A stretch of 64,000 nucleotides of DNA from Isurus oxyrinchus (Eukaryota), in assembly GCA_026770705.1 (NCBI GenBank), contig JANJGN010000007.1, forward strand, positions 108,934,001 to 108,998,000, given 5' to 3'. Below are positions 1-13,204 of the stretch, one piece after another; position 1 is the stretch's first letter, and each line of letters begins with the position of its first letter. The notes beneath the pieces were generated by a model. That model saw nothing but the letters and a program-made list of their open reading frames with translations. It was not told where the DNA came from and ran no database searches. The translations under genes and the position numbers were made by a program.

Positions 1-560
1 CCACACCAGGAAGAGGCAGGGACAGCCTTGGTCGACGGCACCCGAAGGACTGCTGCCAGCCAGGATTCTGCTGAGTCAGAGTCAGATGATGAGCCTCTGA
101 ACTCGGTCCTGAGTCATTTTCTCGAGCTGCAAAACGGGAACATAAGCAACCGGTGCCTGGTGCACTCTTTAGATTGCACGGGGTGACTGAGAAGTCTATC
201 CACCTGCGGCCCAAGGCGATGGCAATGGCATCGAGGTCAACACAGCAGGATGGCGTCCGCCATGGAGGGTTTGGTCCACGGCAATGGTCGTGCAGTGCTG
301 CATGGGCAGCACTCCATCGCTGATGCCATAGTTAGCCTCCAACAATTTCAATGCAACAAGGGTGTGGGGCAGTTTGATCTCACTCCAGCTTCCCCTGGAG
401 TCATCACAGACGGCATAGAAGTCACCAGACTGCCCCCACCTCCACGGTGGCTGATGGGGATGTACCAGCAGTGATCGGAAGGTTAGGAAAATGTAGTTGC
501 ATTGTCTGGCATGGGTGTTAATCACTTGTACATTATGTTCACTATTGTTAATAAACTCCC
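1..560 (+). mobile_element. Probable 3' part of the Harbinger accessory (Myb/SANT-type) gene, convergent with the transposase
   Basis: Degenerate low-complexity frame (ESESDDEPL...MASAMEGLV) ending before AATAAA at ~549, tail-to-tail with the transposase. The DNA-binding domain itself is not in the window. Confidence 0.4.
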
Positions 561-1199
561 AAGAATGTTTCCTTGCCTATGTGTCCTTGTTGTGATGATC
601 ACTGTTCGTGACACACAGATGTGAAACGTTGGTTCCTGCACAAGATAATGACAGGTGTCTTAGTTAAGGGCCTCTTCCCTGTGCAGTGTGTAACCTTAAG
701 ACCACAGTAATGCTACGGACTTACACTCACGGGACACATTACTGATGCAAACATCCTCATGGTGCTTGTCATTGCTGCCAGAATGTCATGAGCAGGTGTC
801 ACAGAGTTCCATCATTCCATCGGTGTGCTCTCCACATCTTTAAGGTGGAGCTGGCCCTCCATCCACTCACTATGTATGACCAGCGATGGTGTGCTCCTGA
901 AGGGGACAGGTACTCAAGACCGACAATGGTCAGGTGCATTTAAAGTTTCACATCAGCATGTCCATGGTATGGCGCTGATCACAGAGCACAAGCAAGCTTT
1001 CCTGACACAGACCGGGGAAAGGCATTTACAGTGGCAAATCTATGGATTGTCCTCACTGCACTTCCTCATCATCCTCCTGGAAACTAGTGCTGTTATCGCC
1101 TCAGTTGCATCTCCATGATAAGAGCTTGAGCACTGATGGCATTTGCAATGACACCAGCTACGCAGAGGTCAACCATTCACATGTCCAAGGTGAAGATGT

Positions 1200-2440
1200 C
1201 AGTATTGCCCTCACTGCATCTCGTTAACATCCTCCAAGAATCTCTTGGCTGTGAGCGCCTCCTGAGCATGCCTGCCTCATCTACCAGCGCGATGGCCTCA
1301 TCATCAGCATTCTTGCTTTTGAGGGTTTCATCACCATCATCCCCTTTGAAGTCTTCCTCTTAGGACGGAACATGCTGCTCTTCAATCTCCTCCTCAGCCA
1401 AGTCCTACCCCCGTGGCAGTGCCAGGTTGTGTAGCACACAACATGCTACAATAATGCACAACACCCTTTGGGGACTATAATGCAGCACTCCATCACACCT
1501 ATCGAGGCAGCAGAGTCTCATTTTCAAGATGCCTAGTGTTTGCTGCACTAAAGTCCGAGTCACGTCCTGAGCCTCATGAGGCAGTCCCTTTCCTGTAGCC
1601 TGAGGCCACCACACGAGCATCACCAACCACATCCTCAGAAGGCAGCCCTTTCCCCCGAGACACCAACACTGCAGCCTTTGTGGATCCTGGAAGAAATCAG
1701 TGATCTGAAATCACTAAGGTTGTAGGTGTTACGAACGTTCCCAGGGCATAATGCATAGGCCTGTAAGATACATTTGTAGTGATCTCACACCCGCTGAACA
1801 TTACTGAATGGAAGTCTTTGCAGTTGACGTAGTTGACAGCTGGTCATTGAGGTAGAAGCACCACGTGGGTGCAGACAATAGTACCCTGCACCTGTGGGAA
1901 ACCTTTGGTCTGTGAGATCCTGATGCTCTTGCTTTCTGGCTTTCCTTTCGCCAGTTGAAGTGCACAAATAACTGTGCCTTCACAAAGATAGCGTTCCTGA
2001 CCTTCTGGAAATGCTTGTGCGTGGAGGCTTGTGAGATCCCGCATAGGTCACCTCTGGAGCATTGTAATGAGCCACTGGCGTACAAATTTGAGTGCCACGG
2101 TCACTTTTACGGCCAATAGCAGTGGATGCCCTCCATGTCCCTCTCGCCAAATCCTTTAGCAGGTGGCATCTGTGAGCGATCAGTTCCCTAGACATGTGAA
2201 GTCTTTGGCGACAACTTTCAGTCATTTGCATGAGTTACATGCGCAGTTTATAGGCCTTGGATCAAGCAAGGCACCTACGACTGGCGGCTGTCCATGCATA
2301 TTCAGCTGCGTACACAGCACGCTATGCTCACCCTTCATCTTTAGGGAAATGTCCCACCCCTTGCCGACCCAGGCGCCTTTGCCACACTGTTTCTTCTGCA
2401 CTGCTCAATGTAAGCCATCAGGCTTGCTATTAAATGACAA
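1200..2440 (-). mobile_element. PIF/Harbinger DDE transposase (HARBI1-like) pseudogene, copy A
   Basis: Fragmented frames: MQMTESCRQRLHMSREL, YASGSLQCSRGDLCGISQAS, GFPQVQGTIVCTHV, LKMRLCCLDRCDGVLHYSPQRVLCIIVACCVLHNLA, and an acidic tail. Confidence 0.9.
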
Positions 2441-2968
2441 GGCTCCAAGGTCCTATGTTCTCCACCTACAGGATAAGGGAGAAAGATGCGTTGGTGATCA
2501 TATTTGTCATCAGGACATCTCACAGAAAAGTCTGAAGGCCCCTTCACGTATTCAGAAGAATGATGGCCACCACTTGGATGGTCAGTATATGTAGTGCACT
2601 TCATGGTTATCCGAAATCGGACCAACCTCCGCCCACTTCACTTAACCGATTGGCAGCAGTTTCGGCCACTGGACTACATTCTGTGCTGTGGGCTCAGGCG
2701 CAGTGATTCTCCTAATCCCACACTGGAATAGTATGCTGTTGGATGAAACATGAGGGATAGAGGTCTAAACCTTATGAAATACAGAGTTACCGCCCTATGG
2801 TCACCTTTCGCATGGGGATTCGGCAATTTGCCCAGTCGGCCATTTGTTCTGCTGCTCCCTAAAGCACACATCAATTTGCGGTCTCTGCCCGAGTTCTGAA
2901 ACATTCCACAGCATTTGGTGACATTTTCATGCTTTTATCTTGGGACCTGAGAGTGTTTTGCCACTCAC

Positions 2969-3216
2969 CATGCTCTCATGAGATCTTGAATCTTTGTGGT
3001 CTACGGTTTACGTTAGGGCCGCACTGCTGCTGCCATCTTACTCGATTACTTTGATCCACCTCTGCTTTGCTGGAGCAGCTGCCAACACACTCCTGCCCAT
3101 AGGAGACCTCATCTCTCTGTCGCTCCTAATTTCACTCCATTGGGCCTGCATGGAAAGTGGAATGCTCGGAAGCCGGTCTTTCCATGTCCGCTCACTGTTG
3201 TTGCGAGTGCTGCATC
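2969..3216 (-). mobile_element. Myb/SANT-like (MSANTD/NAIF1-type) exon remnant upstream of the Harbinger transposase
   Basis: tttccag| ... |gtgagt boundaries. Reads SMQAQWSEIRSDRE...AKQRWIKVIE..SSS...IQDLMRA. The paralog at 21800-22049 keeps the same splice signals. Confidence 0.5.
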
Positions 3217-3880
3217 CTGGAAAAGAAACGACGGCTACTGAGTTTCTCTGAATGCATGAGGAGATTAAAAATAAGCTTCTGTACCCAAAGACTGCAGAGG
3301 TTGTGAAAAATACCACCATAGAGATTGGTTGATACATAATAAAGTTGTATTTAAGGGGAATCTAAACAAGCATATGGAGAGGCAGGGAACAGAGTGTCAC
3401 GATGATAGATTTAAATAAGCGGAAGTCGAAGGATGCTGGACTGGGCCACAAAAAGAGCCCTAATAAAACTCATGAATTACAATACGAGTGATTTTGACCA
3501 CGATGTGCAACCTCAGATTGCTTGTGTTCTCAACTTCTCTGTACCCTTTTTCTGTGATCAACGAAACCACCATTCTCCACTGATTCCGCTTCAGTATAAA
3601 CCTAATTACTTCTCAGTGAACAAAACTGACTGCGAGCACTTTTAAGGAGTGCAATTAATTTTTAAACAGTATCTTTTGCACCATGCTGTCCAAAACACAT
3701 TATATTTTAGCAATTAAACAAGTGCAGAAGTTACAAAATACAACTCAATTAAAGAAGCCCATTTTCTAAACCTGCAGTTACAGGATGTCAAACGTCATTG
3801 CGAAGCATTTATTTGAAGGTTAACGCAAGCTATCATTAGCAGTTATTGCAGACAGTGACCAATTGAAACAGTTGCTCAGA

Positions 3881-6418
3881 ATGTCAGCGCGCACGGTTCT
3901 TCTGTGCCTGAATTTCCAAGGGGTCATTTGCACAGGTACCTGTCTATTGATTGCCCCATGTACTTTGAAGTTATGAAACGTTTCCAAACTAAGGTCCACA
4001 TTAACTTAGTGAATTGTAATTCCGCTTTGTAGCTTATACATTTGTTTCTCTTTTACTCCCCATGTCGTGTCTAATGCAAACTAGCCGGTAATTGATTATA
4101 TTTTCTGGCAATTGCGGATCACGCTTCATTCAGAGTGACTCAGGAGCCCAAACAAGAGTTTGTATCCAAAGGAGAAAACATAATTTTTTTCACCCGTTGT
4201 CTTGCTTGGGCAATGAAACCTGCCTCACATGGACCAAGTTCCTGGTTTTAACAGCAGATTACTAGTCACTGTCTATCTGTGTAGCAAATATGGAGCGCAC
4301 TATTTTCCCCTCAGGTTTACTTAGTTTTGTTTATTATGAATATTAAATAGTTAAGTCTGCTGAGTAGACGGAGTCTTGGACTTGATAACTCAGGTAAAAA
4401 TAAACAGATGCCAGTGTCTGTGAGACATGAGGATGACATATATTGCAGATGATTGGCAGAACGTTACAGGACAGGTGATTGCGCTTTGGAGTGGCGCTAT
4501 GATCATAAAATGCACCGCATTTAAAGCAGGATCAGATTTAACTTTTCCCTATGGAGCCCAATGACCCTAATTGGTTAATTTTCTATTTGGCAGTGCCTCC
4601 AAATCCTCTGAAGATGGTCTCCAAACCACCTGAAGGGAATTCAGATGTGTCTTTGACTCTTATGCGTGAAAGCATTTTATCCGGAGGATTTTACACTCAC
4701 ATGGTATAAAAATGGAGTGGAAATTGCAATAGGCAAACACAACATCAAAGTTAACACCGAAATTTCAAGCTCTTTGGCTCTTGTGGAACCTGTTCCAAGC
4801 GAAACCAATTTTATCTGCTCGGTACTTCATGCTTCTCTCCAGACTCCAGCTTTTGTCACTCATATTATTTTAAAATCTAACCAAGGTAAGAGGTGGGCGA
4901 AACACAAATGATAAGCAGGTACTGTTCAATTCATGTGATATGACGTATGCTTTGTACATGTTAATACTCGTGAAGTTACTTCACTGCCCTATCTTTGGAA
5001 ATAATAAAGAAAACAGTAAATTCACTAATTTATGCATTAAAAATAAAAGTGAACACCGTATATTTTAAAAACAATTTATATAATCTGGCAAGTAAATGTC
5101 CTCCATCAACAGTATTTATTTCCAATTTCTTTTGTTTAATGCGTAACAATTGTAATCACGAGCTTATCTTTTCCATTCCATTATATTGTCACACTTGTTC
5201 ACAGTTCAAGTATTTTGGTTTCTTGTTTCCCTGCTAAAATAGATTTAGTCTTTGCCAGTGCCTGTTCTCCCTCGAAATTCAACCAGTGTAGTTTCGTATC
5301 TTCCCCTGAACGCCGCACCTTATCTTCATACAATATTCTCATCCCCACCCCACTTCTATTGCAGGTATCGGAAATTATCCCCCTGTCTATCTTCTGCAAC
5401 TCTCGCCCCACTCTACCCCCTCCCCACTGGTGAAGTGCATTAAACCGCATGCCCATGCTCCGCCATCAACAAGATCAAGGCTGATCTAATTTTGATGTCA
5501 ACTCCGCTTTCCTGTCTGCCCCGATAACCCATGATCCCCCTGGCTAACAAAAATCTGCCTAACTCTGTCTTGAATAAATTCACTGAATCAGCCTCCACTT
5601 CTCTGGGGAAGAAAACGTCACATATTAGCAACACCCTGAGAGAAAAGGGATCTCCTCAGCACTATCTTAAAAGGGAGAGCTGTTCCTGTTAAACATTGCT
5701 CCATAATTCTAAACTCCCCCACAAGTGGAAACATCCTCCACACATCCACCTTGACAAATCACTGCAGGATCTTACAACTCTGAGTAAGATCACCTCTTAT
5801 TCTTCTAAGCGACAATATGTATTTGCTCAACCTGTTAAAATTTTCTCCATAAGTCCATTATCCCAGGAATGAGTCTCTGAACTGCTTCAAACGCAATTGT
5901 ACATTTTTTGTTGAAATATGAGACCAAAACTGCGCACACTATTCCGGACGAGGCCTCACCAATGAGCTGTACAGCTGCAGTAAAACCTGCTTACATTTAT
6001 GTTTCCATTCCGCTTGCAATAAAAGTCAACATTCGATCTGCCTTCCAAATAACTTGCGGTACCTGCACGCCAACTTTTTGGGAATCATGTGACTGGACAC
6101 CCAGGCCCCTCAGTACCAAAGAGTTTTGCAATTTCTCCATTCAAAGAACATACTGCTGGGATATAGTGGCCACAATGTGCTCATAAAGGCGTTTATGCAA
6201 ATCAAAATAAATTATTGTTTGTGTAATTGTTTTCCAGTTCAGGTCAATCTGCCCAATGTTTGGTCAGTGGTCTGTAACCTAGCGAAGACAATGAACTGGC
6301 CACATAACCATACAATTTCTTTCTTACCTATGCAGGAACAACAGCGGAGGTCGCGCATTATGCCACATTAGATTTTGGCAGAAGCAAAAACCGTCTAGGC
6401 TCAGGTAGGACTGAGTAA
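3881..6418 (+). pseudogene. IgSF receptor copy 1 pseudogene (leader 3881-3935; V remnant 4112-4190; C1 4594-4885; cytoplasmic exon 6336-6418)
   Basis: Leader MSARTVLLCLNFQGVICT with G|gtacc. The V acceptor is mutated AG>AA and V is truncated after VTQEPKQEFVSKGENIIF. C1 has Cys>Arg and a frameshift before AFYPEDFTLTWYKNG...FICSVLHASL, with donor G|gtaaga. The tail exon reads GTTAEVAHYATLDFGRSK. No TM exon was found. Confidence 0.85.
5440..6120 (-). mobile_element. CR1 LINE 3' fragment
   Basis: PREVEADSVNLFKTELGRFL C-terminus and a CR1-type 3' UTR. Confidence 0.8.
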
Positions 6419-7219
6419 CAGGTCAGAAAGAAAACATAGATCATATGTTTAGCATAAAGGATAATAAGAAACGAAGGGCATATATTTGAGCTAACGTCGG
6501 CTGTGTGTTGTACGTAAGGATATTTCCGCGACCTTCTGACAACTATTTGAGCATTAGCCCATGGGACTTGCAAAACTACCAAATTAACTTTATTTCTAAA
6601 TATTGAAATTACGGACTCAACAAGAAACAGCCCGAGTCGAACTCATGTACGCGACTCTTGCGATTGCTAATTTAGCGAAAAAGGGGAAATGCAGAAAAAC
6701 GAAATGAGCACAGTTTTCACAGCTGCAGAGAGAGAAAAAGGGCAGTAACTGAGGCATTCTATAACGACGCAAGAATCAATTGATAATTGGCATCTCTCTA
6801 CCATATCACGCCAGGCATGTATGTATCGTGCGATACCATCCTTCCGAGATGTAAGATAATTCCAATAATAGTTCAGGGAATGCAGTTGGTCGCAAGCAAT
6901 TAATGTTGAATTGTTTGATTAATTTTATTATAATTTCTTCTATTTACACTGCAGAGGTACGTTAATCACTTTGCTATATCTAATTATCATGCGTCTGTAA
7001 AGTCAGGAAAAATATACAATTTACGCCCATTTTTGGCGATTAATGCTGTAAAACCTATCTTTAGATTTATGTTTCGCGGTACTGCACTACGATTTCCAGT
7101 CAATGAACGCTGCTGTTGTGAAACGGGTCAGCTCAGTGCTATCAAATCGTCAATCAAAGCACTGAAAGTAGCTTCCAGGTGTTGTATGTCACCGAAAGCC
7201 ACATCTATCCACGTGGCCA

Positions 7220-7560
7220 CGTAAAATCATAGAAACGTACAGTACGACAGAAAGCCATGCGGCCCATAGTGACTGGGTCGATATTTTGAAAGAGCTAGAA
7301 AATGAGCCCGACTACTGCGCTCTGCCTCATAGCTCTGCCATTTTTTTCCTTTTCAAGTAAATATCCAATTCCGTTTTGAAAGTTCGCAATGACTCTGCTT
7401 CCAAGCGTTAATGCCCCATGTTGACACTTTTTACAGTGACTGCATATATCCACAGCTACAACATTACCCTCATCTATTCTCTCCGCCGTTTCTTCAAATA
7501 ACCCTACAAGGAAATCAAGCATTATCTGCCTTTTCTGCATCGCTGCATTTTTTACTTAAT
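7220..7560 (-). mobile_element. Degenerate CR1 RT and 3' fragments
   Basis: LFEETAERIDEGNVVAVDI resembles the CR1 motif FFEEVT..VD.G..VD. Confidence 0.6.
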
Positions 7561-8224
7561 TGGACCAGTTTTCTACAAAAACCTTTATCTCGAATGATGA
7601 AGGCCTGTAAAATGCAAGTAAATGTACATTAATTTACTTATCTAATCACCAATATCAATTTGTTGCCTCAAAATTGACACAAAGACGTGCCGATTATTTT
7701 GACAAATAGTTAACCGAAAAATCGCACGGTCATACAGGATTTAAAAGGTGAACATTTTGGCGATCCGTCAGTTCTGAAAAAAGCATGAGATTTTGTATGG
7801 GGATTTTAACATTGTGGTTTTTGCTACACTAGCGTGGAGCTAAAATTTGACTAAGGCGAATTGCTTATTCATATTGAATAACAGATGTGGTTTAACTGCG
7901 CTGCTCGAGGCAGCAACACGTCTAGTCTCATTTAACTCTGTTGTATGCAAAATGCTGAATGCCTACCTCGTCTTGAACAGCGTCATCAGATTAGCATTGC
8001 ATGTTTCTGCATAATTGAAACAAAACTTCAAGTTCACATTCAAGAGATATTCTATTTCACATTTTTCAGCCAGAAATGCCGAATGTAAGATCTATCTCGG
8101 CCCACACTGGTGTTCCTTAGCATCACAGAGGCCAGTCTTCAGCCAAATACATTCACTCGAGGAGCAGCTGAAGACACTGAATCCTGCAAAGTCTATGGGC
8201 CCTCAAAAATGTTTCGCCAATCCC

Positions 8225-8505
8225 CATGCGAGTGCAGCAGATGTCACCATGCACCTATGGGAAACCTGAAATCAGGCGAAATCCCAGCGCCCTTGCTTTC
8301 TGAATTTCCTAGCCCCAGTTGAAATGCATAATGCTCTGTGCCTTCCTGAAGATGGTTTTCCTGACTTCCTGGATACACCTGTGTGTGGAAGCTTGTGACA
8401 GCCTGCACAGGTATACTGTGGAGCACTGGAAGGAGCCACTGGCGTAAACATTGAGCGTCGCAGTCACTTTCACGGCCACTGGCACTGGATGCCCTCCATA
8501 TCTCT
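8225..8505 (-). mobile_element. Harbinger transposase fragment
   Basis: GGHPVPVAVKVTATLNVYASGSFQCSTVYLCRLSQASTHRCIQEV. Confidence 0.85.
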
Positions 8506-8769
8506 GTAGTGCCAAGTTAAGCAATTCAGTTAACCACATTATACTCCATTGCCAAAGTTTTTCCCACTCGCTGAGTCTGCCTATATCCATGTTCGGACTG
8601 TCTCCTCTTGGCAACTTATTTTCCTACCCGTCTTGGTATCATCGGGAATTCATATACAGTGCCTTTGGATTCTTCATCTAAGCAATCAATATAGATGGTA
8701 AATAATTGAGGACGTTTCCTCCACAGCACTCTGGTCCACTCCTTAATTACCCACTACACTCCCTCACCT

Positions 8770-9170
8770 TCCCACAGGACCTTCCAATGCAAGCGCATGA
8801 GCTCGAAAGCCTGTTCATCTAACATTTCCCTTCTCACCGTCCAAGGAACCCAAGCACTCCCTGCAGTTAAACCGGCAACTTATTTGTAAACATTTTCAAT
8901 GTAGTATTCCTTTCTCAGAATATTGTTGCGTCCATATGAGGGAGACCAAATGCAGTTTGGCTGATTGTTTTGCGGAACACTAAGCTTCAGTCCAAAAGCA
9001 TAACCTCAAACATCCTGTTTGGCGACCATTACAATTCTCGGCTTCATTCACACGGTAACCTTTCTGTTTTCGGACGTCCCGCCTTATTCCAATGAAACTC
9101 AGTAAAAGTTGGAGGAACAGCGCCCAGAGGTTCTACTAAGCACCTTTGAGTCTTCCGGACTCAACAATCC
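8770..9170 (+). mobile_element. Penelope-like element GIY-YIG endonuclease remnant
   Basis: Degenerate ...RETKCSLADCFAEH... and H-rich downstream motif typical of the PLE endonuclease. Confidence 0.5.
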
Positions 9171-11479
9171 CAGATCTTCATGGCAGCATATGAAGGTGAT
9201 TGTGCTGTCCTCATTTATAACTTTTCTACAAATTCCTCTGTCCTTTGACATGCCCCATTAACATTTTACTTCTCTTAGTGCATCATCTGTTTTTTTATTT
9301 CATCTTGCATGCCTTTCATCTTATCGCAGACTTTCCAATTTGTTTCTCCACCAACACCCCACCTCGCCCCTCTGTTTGAATCCGAAATTTAAGATTTTAC
9401 TGCACGAAGTGAATTAGGGGGCACTTGCTTCATATGAGTATCATGGTTGGGTGACACTGTGCACTATCAGATAGGAGGGTATACAGAGTATCGAGTGCTT
9501 TCAGGTCCTAGAATTCTACAGCATAGCAAGGGGTCACTCGAGTCCACACCATTGTTTCTCTCCACCATTGAGTGTCATTTTCATATACAATATGAAATTC
9601 TTCAGTACCCGGGAACCGAATATTTCTGTTTGTAACAAATAGAAGCAGCAGTAAATCAGGCGGTGTGAAACGCCGTTCATCAAATATTTCCGTTATTTTT
9701 ATCACGATAGATTGTTTTCTTCCAACTATCGCATATCGTTGTGATCAGATTATTCTCATTTCCGTGCTCCGAAGGGTTTTATTTAAGATACCTTGCCAAA
9801 AGGTTGTCGAAAGTTATGCAGTCCGCGTCCACACCCATTCCTTAGTCCTTATTTTCTGTCATTCCTTCAAAGAATTGTCCAAGAGATAAGGCAGAAGGAA
9901 TGCGCGATGTGGAAAGACCGTTCCTTGAAGAAAAGCACTCTGACCCTTTTTCTGTCAACCAGTTAACTACAATTCAAACGGTGTTAATCAACCGTCGCCC
10001 AATTGAACAAGGCACAGAAATTCTTAAAGCAGCAGCAAATGCTGTACAATCTGTCTTCTTAACAGACATGGATCAACTGATTTGCTCGAGAGGCAGCAAC
10101 ACATCTAACCTTAAATTTAATTCTGTTAAGTACAAAAGGCTGAAAGCTTAATTCGTGTTGAATAGCAGCAGCAAGGTAACATCGAATGTTTCGGCGTAAT
10201 TAGAACAGCCCTTAATGTTCACATGCAACGGGTATCCTATTTCAGATTTGTCATTATAACCTATATAGCCTCACTATCGGTGCAGGTCGGAATGTGGAAG
10301 TACTTCGTTTCAAATTGTTTAACGGAAAGTCATTCCTTCAATGGTTATATATTGCTTTAGTATTTTTTCTTATTCGATCACGAATAAGTTTCAGCATATT
10401 TAATTGTTATTTATCCAACATATCGGCTCGTGTCGGAAGGTGTGTAAATCAGTATTGTGATAATAGATTAATATAAAGGAAAACATTCTGCAAATGAATT
10501 GTTTCCACTTTTAATACATTTCGTGCATAATCTGAATAAAAAAGTAAGAATAAAATCAATAATCCATTTAGTGGACTCATATATTTTGCTGCTTGAGCAG
10601 CTGCTGATATCACTGCCGTGCATCTTGAAGCTGAAGGCTCGGTGCAGAGCGTTCTTGTGGAGAGGCTGAACAGTAGTTTTAGAGTATACAGACAGAATAG
10701 TTGACAGCGCGCAGTCAAAAACGACCAGACAGGCAGTGTGAAATCTCTATGAGTTTGCCTCACTCTCTAAATGGTATTCACTTCTCAATACTGGCAAGAG
10801 AGAGCTTCAACGACATAATGCAGTCAGGGCAAAGTGCACGGCACTACGGCTGGTCGAACTGTACAGGGTAAGAGGAAAAAGATCATGGAAGCAACAGTCT
10901 GGGAAAGAGACAAGTAGATCTGCGGCTTCAGCCTACTTCTAAAATGATATGTTGCGCCCCTTCCTCCCTTCGCTCCCCAGCTCCTGCGGGCAGAATCAAT
11001 TACTGCAAGGGACACGGATGTCACTGAACCATTCCAGAATATTCCGAAATGGGAGAGTGATCGGCAAGATCTCGTAGCCCATCTCAAGTTAATGATGACT
11101 TTGATAGCCGTCTGAAACCGGAAGCCCTCCCTTTGCACCATAGCTCAATCCACGCATTGATAATCCATACTGTCCTATTTCTACTCTCACTAACATGCAA
11201 CACTGAGAGTAACCCAGGCATCGCTACATTTAAGATCCTTCTTTTACCTTCCGCCACAGATCCTGAAAATCGAACCGTAAGATTTCAATGCCTGAGGTCT
11301 CTCTGCTTCATTTGTTCCAAAATGCACCACAACTTCTGGTGCACTCCCTCCCTCTGCCGATTATCCTGCGCCCTCTCCATTATGTCCTTTACTCCAGCAC
11401 CAGGCAGAGAACGCTTCGTGCAGGGCTTGTAATGATGCCTACAGAAAGCCCTGTCTGTCCCCGTGAATAAGGCATGTCC

Positions 11480-12440
11480 CATATTAACTGCCTCTCCTGT
11501 GCGGTACCTTGCCTATTACGGCCATGCCTTGGACTGCACTCCTACATGGCGTTGTCACCCCCAGCAATCTCCAGTATAAGTACCTATTGGCACCACTCAC
11601 CCAAAGTTTCTGATAATCCCGTTTCTGCCTATTTTTCCTGATAGTCTTCCATCTTCTCAGCTTAACGCTTCCTGCCTGTGTTGTACCCAGATCCTGGAAC
11701 GTACCGTACAGGAAGCACGCATTCTCCCTAATGTTCCGTAGGGGCTCCAGCTGCCCCTCAAGCTCAGAAATCTTGAGCTGGAGCGTAAGCAGCCAGACAC
11801 TCCCCACACAGGTGGACAACTAAGATATGCAAAATGCCATGGGTTCCCCAAATTGCGGAGGAATTGCAAGCAACAGGTCTCAGGTGATTCATCGATCACC
11901 TAGGAAACAGTATATTTCCTCATAGCATATTCAGTCAACAAGTTATTTAAACTATTAATTTTAAATTGTGCATTTCGAACTGCTCTGTGCCTTTATTATC
12001 CTTAAGCTTTACTTGCCCCGTTCATTTTTAAAAAATTTCCAAGCACCTATTTTGAAAGGATGTTGGTTTTCGGAGACAAGGAGAAACATATTGACCAACA
12101 CCTTTCACATATTTACTGCTCTGTGACGTCACACTTGCATTGTCTTTATAACGTTTCTATTCCCCAGCAAACCCGCCCCCCACAACCGTCACTATCACAC
12201 CCCAACCCCCCCCCAACCCCCCAACACCACACCCCCCACCCAACCCCCGCGGTTTCGCAGCTGCTGAACTTCAATCCTCCCTTTGTTCTTGCTGTGCTCT
12301 TCCCTTGCGCGCTACTGCCGCCACTTTTTATTCTCCCGTTGTTCTTTCGCCCTCTCGGTTCTTCTGCCGCCAATCTTTCATTCTCCAGTTGGTCTCGCTG
12401 TGACCTCCCTCTCGGTTCTGCTGCTTTATGATTATCCCCG
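11480..12440 (-). mobile_element. CR1 LINE 5' UTR and ORF1 remnant
   Basis: LQLKISELEGQLEPLRNIRENACFLYGTFQDL resembles the CR1 ORF1 coiled coil. A GC/purine-rich 5' UTR lies upstream. Confidence 0.65.
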
Positions 12441-13140
12441 CTGGGCACGATATGCTCTCAAATACAATATTTCGCAAATTACTCGTGTAGTGCGATAATT
12501 GCACCTGATATATTGTTGGTTTCAGTTCTGGCCGGAAACACACCTTCAAAATTGCATGAAATTATCCAAATATGTGGTGTGTAATTCGGTAAACCTGAAA
12601 CGTTAACTTGGTTTGTTTCACCACAGACAATCCCCGACTAGCTTATTGTTTCCAGTATCTTCAGTTTTAATTTTAGACTTTCAGCATCTAAAACATTTTG
12701 CTTTCAATTTGCAACTTTCAATCTCTGTCATGTGGATTTACATTTTTCTGGCAGAGGATTTACTTCTAAACCAAACGTGTCGATGCCTTTGATGAAGTAA
12801 TGACGTAAGTTTTTGACAGCAAGGCCTGACCTTTTATAGTCACTTTCAATAATAAGCTTTTTATAATAAGTTTTCAAACATCGCAGATTTTTTAGCTTTC
12901 CCACATGGGTTGTAAGCTCAAATGAATCCTTTCTACCTCAGCGTCCCATCAAATGAAAACAATACATCTATCAGATCACTCTTCAGTCAATAAATCATAG
13001 CCCACTCTAACAAAACTACGAAAAGTAGACTGGTGATAGTATACTTTTAAATCTCTCCTGACCAGGCTCATGCTTACTGGGGAGAAATTGTTTCTTTTAG
13101 CTCAATTGTAACAAGCAAAGAAAACTCAATACGCCATTGC

Positions 13141-13204
13141 CCAACACCACCCCCCCCCCCGCACCCCCCCCCCCCCCCCCCCCCTAACGCGCACACACAC
13201 ACAC
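13141..13204. repeat. Poly-C tract followed by (CA)n
   Basis: Seen directly. Similar C/G tracts occur at 12175-12250, 17272-17297, 38386-38403, 62570-62594 and 62900-62965. Confidence 0.9.

Larger units (their letters stand above)
735..4835 (+). repeat. Segmental duplication unit A (Harbinger remnant + promoter + IgSF gene), paralogous to 19603-25220
   Basis: Colinear similarity by eye across TE, intergenic, leader, intron and C1 sequence, e.g. 3470-3800 vs 22300-22625 and 4200-4600 vs 24560-24990. Confidence 0.85.

Noticed and set aside
1200-2440. Domesticated HARBI1 gene
   Set aside because: Multiple frameshifts and stops, and several degenerate copies in the window, indicate TE relics.
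4886-6335. TM exon for copy 1
   Set aside because: No phase-1 exon with a hydrophobic helix or similarity to 60520-60633 was found. It was probably deleted.
10826-11115. Exon-like segments with gtaaga donor and ccccag acceptor
   Set aside because: No recognisable protein in any frame and no partner exons.
13141-13185. Poly-C/G tracts as functional G-quadruplex or switch-like regions
   Set aside because: They are simple homopolymers that recur in unrelated contexts, including inside a TE, and are prone to slippage and sequencing error.
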